From the NCBI GenBank assembly GCA_902584805.1, contig CACIBE010000002.1:1212-65211 (forward strand): a stretch of 64,000 bases of DNA, read 5' to 3'. Shown here in pieces: positions 19,632-29,688 of this stretch. The translations under genes were made by a program, and so were the position numbers. This DNA is from an uncultured Alphaproteobacteria bacterium (GTDB lineage Bacteria; Pseudomonadota; Alphaproteobacteria; HIMB59; GCA-002718135). The notes below the pieces were generated by a model. It searched no databases, was not told the origin of the DNA, and saw only the letters and a program-made list of their open reading frames with translations. How positions within the stretch are numbered: the first letter of the stretch is position 1; each line of letters opens with the position of its first letter.

Positions 19632-21167
19632 TTATCCCATTTTTCTGCTAGCTGGTCCAGATTTTGTTTTAACCCCTGAGCTAGAAAGTTTTGTATTAGA
19701 TAACTGTCTTTCCTGATGAATCATTCGGTGACTTAATAGTTTTGATACTAAATCATTTTTAATGTCTTGAAATTCTTTTACTCTAGATAAATCATTAATT
19801 TCATTAGGATCATTTTCTAAATCAAACAATAAACATGGCAATGAAGGGAAATGAACATATTTCCATTTATTATTTCTAATAACTGATAGATTGCATTGCT
19901 CGGGTGCTAATTTTTTATCTTTAACAAATTCAGTGCTTTCTCTAAAATCATAATCAAAAACAACAAATTCTTTATTAGGTGATTTTTCATATTGATCGTA
20001 AATATTATGCATCAGTGACTGACCATTCCAATCAATGGGGATTTCACCACCAAGCCATTCTAAAATTGTAGGGGCAACATCTACCGATTCTGTTAAGTGG
20101 TTAATTTTTTTTGGATTGTTTTGAGGTACATATATGAATAATGGAATTCTATAAGAGGAGTCCCACCAACCTAATTTTCCCCATAAATTATTTTCATTTA
20201 ACATTTCTCCATGATCACTGGTAAATATTATCATTGTATTCTCTTCTTGCCCTGATTCTTTCAGAGCATTTAAAATTTTACCAATATTAAAATCAACCTC
20301 TGCACACATAGCAAAATAGACACTCATAATATTTTTGATGTCTTGATCTTTTAAAAGATCATAATTAATTTCAGAGAAATTTTCTTTTAATAAAAATTTT
20401 TTGCATAACTCTTCAAGTAGAGGATGTTTTTTTGATAATTCTTTAAGTGAAATATTATTTTTAGATAAATTAATATTATCTGGATTAAATTTACTAAACC
20501 ATGGATCAGCTATATGAAAGGGCGGGTGTGGTTTTAAAAAAGATACATGCATAAAAAATGAATCTTTGACTTTTTTTAAATCGTTAACAACTTTGTCTGC
20601 TAAAAATGCGGTGTCTGAAAATTCAGTTGGAATATAATATGGTTCATAAATATACGCTTGATCATCTTTAGGCTTTCTTCCTTTGTACAAATCTTCTGCT
20701 TTATTAATTTCAAAACCATTTTGATTTAGATGGTTAGCCCAAAGCTCCGGTTTTCCTCCTGGTAAAACACAACCATCATCAAACCCTTCCATTGGTGATT
20801 CATAGGTAAAATTTTTTTTATCTTTTGGATCCAAGTATCTTGGATCCCAAGAAGTATCAGTGTATCCGTAAAGTCTTGGATTAAAATCTAATTTTCGAGC
20901 TTCTTTAGCAATATTTGTAAATCTTTTATCAAGTGGAGCACCATTATATACTGAACGATGTATAAATGGATATAAACCAGTGAGCATTGTAGTTCTCGAA
21001 GGACCACATGGAACAATACCTGCAAAGTGTGATTTAAAAATAACACTTTTTTTTGCTAGTTTATCCAAATTAGGAGTGAGAGCATATTCATGATTTAAAA
21101 AACTAAAGCAATCGAAGCGCCACTGATCAGCACATATAAAAAGTACAGATTTTTTGATTTTCTTCAT
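19632..21167 (-). CDS. Sulfatase/alkaline phosphatase superfamily, phosphonate monoester hydrolase (PehA)-like
   Basis: ADQWR, formylglycine motif VPCGPSRTTMLTG, YGYTDT..DPR, PHPP, SDHGE; no signal peptide. Confidence 0.82.
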   Translation of the reverse strand: MKKIKKSVLFICADQWRFDCFSFLNHEYALTPNLDKLAKKSVIFKSHFAGIVPCGPSRTTMLTGLYPFIHRSVYNGAPLDKRFTNIAKEARKLDFNPRLYGYTDTSWDPRYLDPKDKKNFTYESPMEGFDDGCVLPGGKPELWANHLNQNGFEINKAEDLYKGRKPKDDQAYIYEPYYIPTEFSDTAFLADKVVNDLKKVKDSFFMHVSFLKPHPPFHIADPWFSKFNPDNINLSKNNISLKELSKKHPLLEELCKKFLLKENFSEINYDLLKDQDIKNIMSVYFAMCAEVDFNIGKILNALKESGQEENTMIIFTSDHGEMLNENNLWGKLGWWDSSYRIPLFIYVPQNNPKKINHLTESVDVAPTILEWLGGEIPIDWNGQSLMHNIYDQYEKSPNKEFVVFDYDFRESTEFVKDKKLAPEQCNLSVIRNNKWKYVHFPSLPCLLFDLENDPNEINDLSRVKEFQDIKNDLVSKLLSHRMIHQERQLSNTKLSSSGVKTKSGPASRKMG

Positions 21168-21311
21168 ATTCTACAAAATACTAAAGTAATTAAAAAGAAA
21201 TACACAATTTTTTAAAAAAAAACGTAATAAATTTGTCAATTATTTTTGCTAAAAGCTCAAATATGTATAAAAAAAATACATACGATAAATTTATCTTATA
21301 GGAGAAAATAT

Positions 21312-23366
21312 ATGTTAAAAAAAATACTCGTAGCATTGGTATTTTCTTCCGCAATGTTTGTATGGAGTGGAAGCTCTTTTGCAGGCGGTCATTGCGTAGG
21401 CTCAACCATGAGCGATGCATATACTGGCGGAAAATATCCACAGCAATATGAGTTATCAGAATACGAAAGTGCAGCTAGTTGTACGATGAAGTTTTCAGAG
21501 AATCCAAGTATTGCAAGTATTAATGCAACAATTCAAGGGAACCCAGGAAGCCTACCTCCGGTTGAGGACAGATTACCTGATGAACCACTTGTTGTAGTGC
21601 CATATGAATCAATTGGTAAATATGGAAACACTATTAATTTCTTATCTAATGCAACTGAAGCTGGTACTTCAGACATGCTTTCTACTCGACATGTTAACTT
21701 AGTTCGTTTTGCTGATGACTTGTCAACTGTAGTTCCAAATGTTGCAAAAGATTATGAATGGAATGATGATTTCACTACTTTAACATTCATGTTGCGAAAA
21801 GGTCACAAGTGGTCAAATGGTGAACCTTTTGTAGCCAGAGATGTAGAGTTTTGGTACGAAGACTTGATGATGAATCCAAAGATTCGTGAAAAACCATATC
21901 CATACCTATTAGTTGGTGGTGAGCCAATGACTGTTGATGTAATTGATGATCAAACAGTAAGATTTAACTTACCATCTCCGTTTCCTGGTTTACTTGCTAC
22001 TTTAGCTACATCTTATAACCAAGCTTTTATGCCTTCACATTTCCTAGAACAATTCCATCCGGAAATTGATTCAAATGCTGATGCGAATGCACAAGCTTTA
22101 GGTTTCGCAGATGGCTGGGATGCTTTAGCGGCTTATTATGGTAACTCAGGTTGGACTGATACTCCAACTCCGTTATTAAGAAATCCAGAGTTAGTAGATG
22201 GTTTACCATATGCTGCTTATCCTTCTTTAGAAGCTTACATGACTATTGAAGATACTACTGAAGGTAGAGTATATGCTGCAAACCCATACTTTTTCCAAGT
22301 TGATACAGCTGGGAATCAATTACCATACATTGATTATCAAAATGAGAGATATATCAATGAAAATGAAATAAGATTATTGAAACTTGTTAATGGTGAAGTT
22401 GATTACAAATCTCAATCTGTACAACTTGAGTCTGCACCTCAATTATTAGATGGAGCAGAGTCTGGAGGCTATAATATTCAAATTAACCCTGGTTGTGGAG
22501 CAGCACTATTTAGCTTCAACGTCACTCACCCAGACTTAGAAAAACGTAAAGTTTACGGTGATATTCGTTTCCGTCAAGCAATGTCAATTGCTCTAGATAG
22601 AAATGAAATTAACGATGTTGCTTACTATGGTATGGGTGTTGTAGAGCAGTTCACAGGTATGTCACCAGCTCCTGATTTCGTACGTGAAGATATGAAAATG
22701 TATATGACTCAATATGATCCAGATGGTGCTAAAGCACTTCTAGACGAAGTTGGTCTTAAGGACGTTGACGGTGATGGCTTTAGAGAACTCCCTAACGGAG
22801 AGCCTTTTGCTATGAACATTGACTATGCTACTCAAGGTATAGGTGGTGTAGAAGTTGAGTTAGTTGCTCGTATGTGGAACGATGTAGGAGTTAAAACTTC
22901 TTTTAAAGAGGTAACTCCTGATGAATATCGTGGTTCACAATCTTCAAATGCATTAGATGTCCATGCATGGGATAAAGGTCAACCATTAGCAATTATTGCA
23001 GGTGATCCTGAAACATTCAAAGCGCCTTTTGGAAACTACTTTAACCATACGCAAGGAATGTTGTGGGCAGCTTACATTGATAGTAACGGTGATGAAGGTG
23101 TAGAACCTCCTCAATGGGTTTACGATTTAAGTGATGGTATTGATAAATTTCAATCATATGCTTTAGGTACACCTGAATCAAATGAGTGGGGTGAAAAAAT
23201 TACAACAATGTTAACAGAGCAAACTTTGTTAATTGGAACTGTAAAAGCACCTTTCCCAACATATCATAGAAATGCTTTGAAAAACTTTACACAATTCAAA
23301 ACAACTTCTTATGAATATTATAGAACTTATCCATATTTAGCTACTCAGTGGTGGTTAGACGAATAA
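21312..23366 (+). CDS. Opp/Dpp-type (family 5) ABC substrate-binding protein, probably for a sugar or glycoside
   Basis: Start moved to the ATG at 21312 behind SD AGGAG; signal peptide ending SFA; LPPVEDRLP, KWSNG, ANPYFFQVD..GNQLPYID, FRQAMS. Confidence 0.88.
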   Translation: MLKKILVALVFSSAMFVWSGSSFAGGHCVGSTMSDAYTGGKYPQQYELSEYESAASCTMKFSENPSIASINATIQGNPGSLPPVEDRLPDEPLVVVPYESIGKYGNTINFLSNATEAGTSDMLSTRHVNLVRFADDLSTVVPNVAKDYEWNDDFTTLTFMLRKGHKWSNGEPFVARDVEFWYEDLMMNPKIREKPYPYLLVGGEPMTVDVIDDQTVRFNLPSPFPGLLATLATSYNQAFMPSHFLEQFHPEIDSNADANAQALGFADGWDALAAYYGNSGWTDTPTPLLRNPELVDGLPYAAYPSLEAYMTIEDTTEGRVYAANPYFFQVDTAGNQLPYIDYQNERYINENEIRLLKLVNGEVDYKSQSVQLESAPQLLDGAESGGYNIQINPGCGAALFSFNVTHPDLEKRKVYGDIRFRQAMSIALDRNEINDVAYYGMGVVEQFTGMSPAPDFVREDMKMYMTQYDPDGAKALLDEVGLKDVDGDGFRELPNGEPFAMNIDYATQGIGGVEVELVARMWNDVGVKTSFKEVTPDEYRGSQSSNALDVHAWDKGQPLAIIAGDPETFKAPFGNYFNHTQGMLWAAYIDSNGDEGVEPPQWVYDLSDGIDKFQSYALGTPESNEWGEKITTMLTEQTLLIGTVKAPFPTYHRNALKNFTQFKTTSYEYYRTYPYLATQWWLDE

Positions 23367-23385
23367 GTCAACTATAAATATACTT

Positions 23386-23420
23386 AAAAGCGGCAATTTT
23401 TTATTGCCGCTTTTCTTTTT
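23386..23420 (+). terminator. Intrinsic terminator-like hairpin after the binding-protein gene
   Basis: AAAAGCGGCAAT...ATTGCCGCTTTT followed by CTTTTT. Confidence 0.8.
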
Positions 23421-23458
23421 TCTACTATTCTTAAAAATCAATTAAGTGAAATCATGCT

Positions 23459-24472
23459 ATGATTAATTTTGTTCAGTTTACATTTACAAGAGCATTTTTA
23501 GCTATTGTAACTTTATTAATTGTTTGTTTCATAGTTTTTTCTTTAATGGAATTAGTACCTGGAACGTGTGCTGAAAGATATTTAGCTTTTAAAAATACTC
23601 AGGGCTCTCAAATTACTTATGAAGATATTGAAGCAGAAAAAATTCGCTTAGGCTTAGATAAACCATTCCTTTATAGATATGGAAAGTGGATTTCTGACAT
23701 TGTTATCAATCAAGATTTTGGTGATAGTTGTATTCTAAGAATGAATATTAATGAATTATTAAGTGGAAGATTTACTTTATCTCTAACCATATGTTTAGTA
23801 GCATTAATATTTTCATATTTAATTGCTATCCCCGTAGGAATTATTTCAGCCACGACAAAATATGCATCATTAGATAACACTCTAAAGTTTGTTAGTTACC
23901 TTGGCATAGCATTGCCAAATTTTTTAGTAGCACTTTGTATAATGCTTTTTATGACAATCTATTATGGAGATACGATGACAGGATTATTTTCTCAAGAATA
24001 TGAAAATGAACCATGGTCATCAGCAAAGTTAATGGATTTTTTAGGTAGAGCATGGCTGCCTATTTTTGTTTTAGGATGGAATGCAACTGCCTTTGCATTG
24101 CAAACTGTTAGAGCTTTAATGTTAGATGAAAATGACAAGTTATATGTAATGGCGGCAAGGGCAAGAGGTGTATCAGGGATGAGTTTGCTTTGGCGATATC
24201 CAGCAAAGCATTCTTTAGGACCTGTAATAAATTCAATAGGATTTGATTTAAATAGAATTTTTAGTGCACTTCCAATAGTTGCTCTGATTTTAATTTTGAC
24301 TGAGGCAGGAGCTTTGTTAATAGAAGCTTTGGCTAGATCAAATGATCAGCAACTAGCTGGAGCAATAATATTTTTACTTACAGCAACAATCGTTTTTGTT
24401 AATTTTGTTACAGATATAATTTTAGCAATAATGGATCCAAGAATAAGAAAAGGAGTTATGGGTGGAGGTTAG
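23459..24472 (+). CDS. Opp/Dpp ABC permease (OppB-like)
   Basis: LGLDKP..YRY..W, DFGDS, AARARG, DPRIR. Confidence 0.88.
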   Translation: MINFVQFTFTRAFLAIVTLLIVCFIVFSLMELVPGTCAERYLAFKNTQGSQITYEDIEAEKIRLGLDKPFLYRYGKWISDIVINQDFGDSCILRMNINELLSGRFTLSLTICLVALIFSYLIAIPVGIISATTKYASLDNTLKFVSYLGIALPNFLVALCIMLFMTIYYGDTMTGLFSQEYENEPWSSAKLMDFLGRAWLPIFVLGWNATAFALQTVRALMLDENDKLYVMAARARGVSGMSLLWRYPAKHSLGPVINSIGFDLNRIFSALPIVALILILTEAGALLIEALARSNDQQLAGAIIFLLTATIVFVNFVTDIILAIMDPRIRKGVMGGG

Positions 24473-25622
24473 TAATCAAAAAAAAGAAGCTTATTATACA
24501 GCTACACAGATGCAATTAGTAAGAACACGCTTTTTTGGAAATAGATCGGCAATGATTGCAGGTTCAATATTACTTTTCATGATTGTTTGCAGTCTATTCT
24601 CAGATTTTTTATCTCCATATGATCCTACTATTAATGGTCGCGACAAAGATTATGAAAATGGAGCACCTCAGGTTCCGATGTTTTGGGATGAAAATGGTTT
24701 TTCACCAAGGCCGTTTTTACACACTTTAACAAAATATAGAGGAGCTGATACTAATTTTAGATGGGTCTATAAAACTGATACAGAAAAAAGAAGATATGTA
24801 TATTTTTTTGTTGAAGGTTGGGAGTATAAAGTTTTTGATTTTAATATAAATCTTCCAGGAAAAATTTTAGATTTTAAAATTCCAGGTTTTACATTCAATA
24901 CTCATTTATTTGGAGTTGAAGAAGGTGGTATTCATTTATTTGGAACAGATAAGGCAGGAAAAGATTTATTTAGCAGAACCTTGAGTGCAATTTATATTTC
25001 ACTAGCTGTAGGGACACTTGGTGTTTTTATATCATTTTTACTATCCCTAATTATAGGTGGAATATCAGGTTATTATGGTGGATGGATTGATAGTGTATTG
25101 CAAATGTTTACTGATGCAATTCGAACGGTTCCACCAATACCTCTGTTTATGTGTCTTGCTGCCTTTGCGCCGTTAGAATGGAGTTCTGAATTACGGTTCT
25201 TTTTTATTTCCTGTTTACTTGGATTAATTTCATGGCCAACACTTGCTAGAAGAGTAAGAACGCATCTACTTAGTGAAAGAAGCCAAGAATATATTCTTGC
25301 TGCAAAACTTTGTGGAGCATCATCCACTCATATTATTGTAAGACACTTATTACCAAGTTTTACGAGTTATATTATTGTCGATTTAGTCATTAGTTTCCCA
25401 TACATGTTATTATCTGAAACAGCTTTAAGTTTTATAGGACTTGGTTTGAGAGAACCGGTAAATTCTCTTGGTGTTCTTTTGCAAAATGCAACAAAGGCCG
25501 ACGTACTTTTAAACTACCAATGGTATTTCATACCTGTGTTTTTCTTAGTCGTATTAATTTTAACATTCGTCTATGTAGGGGATGGGTTACGTGATGCAGC
25601 AGATCCTCATAAGGTAAAGTAA
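24462..25622 (+). CDS. Opp/Dpp ABC permease (OppC-like)
   Basis: FGTDKAGKDLFSR, EYILAAKLCGA, GDGLRDAADP; GTG start. Confidence 0.88.
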   Translation: MEVSNQKKEAYYTATQMQLVRTRFFGNRSAMIAGSILLFMIVCSLFSDFLSPYDPTINGRDKDYENGAPQVPMFWDENGFSPRPFLHTLTKYRGADTNFRWVYKTDTEKRRYVYFFVEGWEYKVFDFNINLPGKILDFKIPGFTFNTHLFGVEEGGIHLFGTDKAGKDLFSRTLSAIYISLAVGTLGVFISFLLSLIIGGISGYYGGWIDSVLQMFTDAIRTVPPIPLFMCLAAFAPLEWSSELRFFFISCLLGLISWPTLARRVRTHLLSERSQEYILAAKLCGASSTHIIVRHLLPSFTSYIIVDLVISFPYMLLSETALSFIGLGLREPVNSLGVLLQNATKADVLLNYQWYFIPVFFLVVLILTFVYVGDGLRDAADPHKVK

Positions 25623-25623
25623 T

Positions 25624-26613
25624 ATGAGCCATTTATTAGAAGTAAAAAATTTGGATGTAAAATTTGATACTGATGAAGGTAGAATTACTGCAGTTGAAAA
25701 TATCTCTCTTTCTGTAGATCAAGGTGAAGTACTTGGTATAGTTGGTGAATCCGGGTCAGGTAAATCTGTGACTGCTAAATCGATTATGAAATTAAATCCA
25801 GGTAATACTTCTTATAATGAAGACGCAGAAATAATTTTAGATAACGAAAATGTTCTTCAATTTACCTCTAAGCAAGACTTAAAAAAAATTAGAGGTGGTA
25901 AAGTATCAATGATTTTTCAGGAGCCTATGGCAAGTTTTGCTCCAGCAATAAAAATTGGCGCACAAATGGTTGAGCAATTACTAATTCATAAAAATATTAA
26001 TAAAGAGGAAGCAAAATCAATATCCATAAACATGCTAAAAAGAGTAGGCATAGCAGATGCAGAAAAACGGTTTAATCAATATGCATTTGAATTATCTGGG
26101 GGAATGCGTCAAAGAGCAATGATAGCTATGGCACTATCAACAATGCCTAAACTTTTATTAGCAGATGAGCCAACAACTGCTTTAGATGTAACAATTCAAG
26201 CTCAAGTAATTAACCTAATTAAAGATATTATTAAAGAATATCAAATGGGAGTAATATTTATTACTCACGATCTAGGTGTTATTGCACAGGTAGCTGATCA
26301 TGTAGCTGTTATGTATTTGGGTAGTGTAGTTGAGAAAGGTCCAGTAAATGAGATCCTTAAAAACCCAAAACATCCTTATACAAAAGGGCTATTACAAGCT
26401 TTACCTGACATAAATAACTTAGACGCACCGTTATCTCCAATACCTGGAAATATTCCAAGTCCATTAGATAGACCAACAGGGTGTGTATTTAGAACTAGAT
26501 GCCCCCATCATAATCCAGAAGGAAAAGATGGTAAAATAGAAATGAAATTAATTGAAGTTGAACCAGGTCACTGGGTTGATCAATGTGGAATTAAGTGTGG
26601 TCAAAATGGGTGA
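25624..26613 (+). CDS. Opp/Dpp ABC ATPase (OppD-like)
   Basis: GESGSGKS, LSGGMRQR, DEPTTALD, HPYT, Cys-rich tail. Confidence 0.92.
   Translation: MSHLLEVKNLDVKFDTDEGRITAVENISLSVDQGEVLGIVGESGSGKSVTAKSIMKLNPGNTSYNEDAEIILDNENVLQFTSKQDLKKIRGGKVSMIFQEPMASFAPAIKIGAQMVEQLLIHKNINKEEAKSISINMLKRVGIADAEKRFNQYAFELSGGMRQRAMIAMALSTMPKLLLADEPTTALDVTIQAQVINLIKDIIKEYQMGVIFITHDLGVIAQVADHVAVMYLGSVVEKGPVNEILKNPKHPYTKGLLQALPDINNLDAPLSPIPGNIPSPLDRPTGCVFRTRCPHHNPEGKDGKIEMKLIEVEPGHWVDQCGIKCGQNG
26551..26586 (+). repeat. 36-bp direct repeat shared with 27545..27580 (3' ends of the two ATPase genes)
   Basis: ATTGAAGTTGAACCAGGTCACTGGGTyGATCArTGT, 34 of 36 bases identical. Confidence 0.85.
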
Positions 26614-27592
26614 TAATTTAATTTCAGTAAATAATGTTTCAGTAAATTTTGATTATCAAGAAAATTTTATTTCAAAAAAACAAAAAATACATGCTGTAAA
26701 CAATATCAATATCAAAATTAAAAAAGGATCTTTTTTTGGTTTAGTTGGTGAATCTGGTTCAGGAAAAACTACTCTTGGTAGAGCAATACTTGGAGCTAAT
26801 AAAATTAGTTCTGGAAATGTTATTTTTCATGACGAAGAAAGAGATTATGATTTAACAGATATGAACAAACAAGATTTAAAAGAATATAGAAAAAAAGCTC
26901 AATTAATTTTTCAAGATCCTTATGCTGCTTTAAGTCCAAGAATGACAGTGAGGGATATTATTGCAGAGCCTTTAGAAGTGATGAAAATAACAAACTCAAG
27001 ACAAGAAACTGATGAAAGAGTAAGAGACATTGCTTCAAAATGTAGATTAAATATTGAGCATTTAAGAAGATTTCCTCATGCATTTTCTGGAGGACAAAGA
27101 CAAAGAATATCAATTGCAAGAGCCTTAGTAAGTAATCCAAAATTTATAGTAGCAGATGAAAGTGTTGCTGCTTTAGATGTATCAATACAAGCAGATATAT
27201 TAAATCTTTTAAAACAACTTCAAACCGAGCTTAATCTAACTTATTTATTCATCAGTCATGATTTAAGTGTAGTAGCTCATGTATGTGATATTGTTGCAGT
27301 TATGTATTTGGGGCACATAGTTGAAATGGGACCCTCAAGAGAATTATTTAAGAACCCAAAACATTCTTACACAAAGGCACTATTATCTTCTATTCCATCA
27401 ATTGATCCAGAGAAAAGATCTGAAGCTATAGAACTAAAGGGAGAAATTCCTAGTGCATTAAATCCACCTCCAGGTTGTGTGTTTAGAACCAGATGTCCTA
27501 ATCCTGGAGTAGATTGCAAAGGTGGAGAAATAAAAATGGGCCTTATTGAAGTTGAACCAGGTCACTGGGTCGATCAGTGTTGTGCTCTATAA
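26606..27592 (+). CDS. Opp/Dpp ABC ATPase (OppF-like)
   Basis: Start moved to the ATG at 26606; GESGSGKT, FSGGQRQR, ADE..ALD, Cys-rich tail. Confidence 0.92.
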   Translation: MGDNLISVNNVSVNFDYQENFISKKQKIHAVNNINIKIKKGSFFGLVGESGSGKTTLGRAILGANKISSGNVIFHDEERDYDLTDMNKQDLKEYRKKAQLIFQDPYAALSPRMTVRDIIAEPLEVMKITNSRQETDERVRDIASKCRLNIEHLRRFPHAFSGGQRQRISIARALVSNPKFIVADESVAALDVSIQADILNLLKQLQTELNLTYLFISHDLSVVAHVCDIVAVMYLGHIVEMGPSRELFKNPKHSYTKALLSSIPSIDPEKRSEAIELKGEIPSALNPPPGCVFRTRCPNPGVDCKGGEIKMGLIEVEPGHWVDQCCAL

Positions 27593-27610
27593 GTAGTTTT
27601 TGTAACTGTA

Positions 27611-28600
27611 ATGAAAAATATAGCATTTATTGGAACCTCTCATATTCATACACCAAATTTTATTTCTAAGGTAATTTCAAACATTAAAATTAATTGTATT
27701 GGTGTTTGGGACAAAGACAAGAATAGGTCAAAAATTGACTCTGATAAACTGCAATGTAAGAATTATGATAACTATGTTGATTTATTGAAAGAACCTAATT
27801 TAGATGGTGTTATAGTATGTTCAGAAACTAATTTGCACTATGAATTAGTTAAAAAAATTACCGAGAATAAAAAACACTGTTTTATAGAAAAACCTTTGGG
27901 GATAGGAAAAAAAGACTCTTTTAAAATGGCAAATCTTATTGAGTCTTCAAAAATTATTTTTCAAACTGGATATTTCATGAGAAGCAATCCTGTTTACATA
28001 AAGCTTAAACAATTAATTACTGATAATTATTTTGGCGAAATTTCAAGAATTAGACTCATTAATTGTCACGATGGTATTATGAGGGATATTTTCAAAAACT
28101 ATCAATGGATGACAGATCCTAAAGTTGCAGGAGTTGGAGCTTTTGGTGATTTAGGAACACATGTTTTAGATCTTCTTTTATGGTTTTTTTCTGATGTTGA
28201 GTCAGTGAGCGCAACCTTTACAAAAGTATATAATCAATATCCAGATTGTGAAGAAAGTGGAGAAGCTTTAATAAAATTTAAAAGCGGGTTGATAGCTAGT
28301 ATTGCTGCGGGATGGATAGATATAGCGCAGCCTTATACTATTTTTGTAAGTGGAACGAAAGCTCACGCAAGAACAACGAATGAGCAATTAATTATAAACG
28401 AAAATATGGAAGGTAAAAAAATAGAAAGAATAGAAGAAAATTTACCAGAAACATTGCCTCATGCATTTGATTTGTTTCTCAATTCATTAATTGATAACAA
28501 TACAAAAAATCTAGTTACTCCTACAGAAGCAGCATTGAGAAGTAGTATAATGGGATCAATTTACAAATCAGAAAAAGAAAAAAAATGGATAAATATCTAA
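27611..28600 (+). CDS. Gfo/Idh/MocA oxidoreductase
   Basis: EKP motif; GAFGDLGTHVLD. Confidence 0.88.
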   Translation: MKNIAFIGTSHIHTPNFISKVISNIKINCIGVWDKDKNRSKIDSDKLQCKNYDNYVDLLKEPNLDGVIVCSETNLHYELVKKITENKKHCFIEKPLGIGKKDSFKMANLIESSKIIFQTGYFMRSNPVYIKLKQLITDNYFGEISRIRLINCHDGIMRDIFKNYQWMTDPKVAGVGAFGDLGTHVLDLLLWFFSDVESVSATFTKVYNQYPDCEESGEALIKFKSGLIASIAAGWIDIAQPYTIFVSGTKAHARTTNEQLIINENMEGKKIERIEENLPETLPHAFDLFLNSLIDNNTKNLVTPTEAALRSSIMGSIYKSEKEKKWINI

Positions 28601-28616
28601 GTTAAAAAATATAAAT

Positions 28617-29675
28617 ATGAGTAAAATAAAAGTTGGCATTATTGGCGTCGGGGGTATTGCAAAGTTACATGTACCTGGTTGGCGCATGTCAGAACATGCA
28701 GAATTAATAGCAGGTTCCGATATAAATAATTCTATTCTTGAAGATTGGGGCAATATAAATCAAATAAATAAATTATATCTTGATCCTTTAGATATGATTA
28801 ATGATCCAGATATAGATGTAATAGATATTTGTGCGCCTAATAACTATCATTGTGATTTAGCAATTAAAGCAATGCAAGCAGGCAAAGATGTTTTATGTGA
28901 AAAACCCTTAGCTCCAAATGCCTCACAAATAAAAAAAATGATTGAAGTAAGAGATCGAACGAAAAAAAAATTAATGTGTGCTCAACACTTTAGATTCAGA
29001 AAAGATTCTCAATTAATAAAAGATCAATCCAAATCAATTGGTTCGATATATCATGCACGTTCTTGGATGCTTAGAAGAAATTTTTTACCAGTCTCACTTG
29101 GTTTTTTAAAAAAAGAAAATTCAGGAGGAGGGCCTTGTATTGATATAGGGGTGCACGTATTAGATTTAACTCTTTGGTTTATGAACAATCCAGAACCACT
29201 TTCTGTGACAGGTGTTTCAAAAACAGAATTAGCAAAGCAGCCAAATTCTTTTAGTTACAATGGTGAGTACGATAAGGAAGCAATGAACGTTGAAGATTTT
29301 GCAGCTGCGTTTGTTAGGTTTAAAAATGGTGCAACCTTGATGCTTGAAGTATCATGGATGCTTCATCATAAACTACCAGATGATAAAATAGAAGATATGC
29401 AGGTATGGCTATACGGAAGAGAAGCTGGTTTGCATTGGCCTAATTGTGAGATTATAAAAAATGATATCAATTCTCAAACTCAGATAACTAAAAAAATTGA
29501 AGGAAATTTAAAAGACACTATTGAACCTCATGCCAAAGAATGTATCGAGTTTGCAGAGTTTGTTGCAAACGATCAACCAGTTACTATTCCGGCTGAACAC
29601 TCTCTACAAGTAATGAAAATTTTAGATGGAATTTATAAAAGTCAAGAAGTAGGAAAAGAAATTATTTTAGAATAA
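28617..29675 (+). CDS. Gfo/Idh/MocA oxidoreductase
   Basis: GVGGIA, CEKP, GGGPCIDIGVHVLD. Confidence 0.9.
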   Translation: MSKIKVGIIGVGGIAKLHVPGWRMSEHAELIAGSDINNSILEDWGNINQINKLYLDPLDMINDPDIDVIDICAPNNYHCDLAIKAMQAGKDVLCEKPLAPNASQIKKMIEVRDRTKKKLMCAQHFRFRKDSQLIKDQSKSIGSIYHARSWMLRRNFLPVSLGFLKKENSGGGPCIDIGVHVLDLTLWFMNNPEPLSVTGVSKTELAKQPNSFSYNGEYDKEAMNVEDFAAAFVRFKNGATLMLEVSWMLHHKLPDDKIEDMQVWLYGREAGLHWPNCEIIKNDINSQTQITKKIEGNLKDTIEPHAKECIEFAEFVANDQPVTIPAEHSLQVMKILDGIYKSQEVGKEIILE

Positions 29676-29688
29676 TAGATTATGATTA

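Noticed and set aside
21246-21311. N-terminal extensions in the ORF track (21246, 26552, 40520, 62768)
   Set aside because: Downstream ATGs with an SD or stop/start coupling (21312, 26606, 40631, 62771) fit better.
22750-22790. EF-hand-like DVDGDGFRE loop in the family-5 binding protein
   Set aside because: This is a common DxDxDG calcium loop in that family, so not novel.
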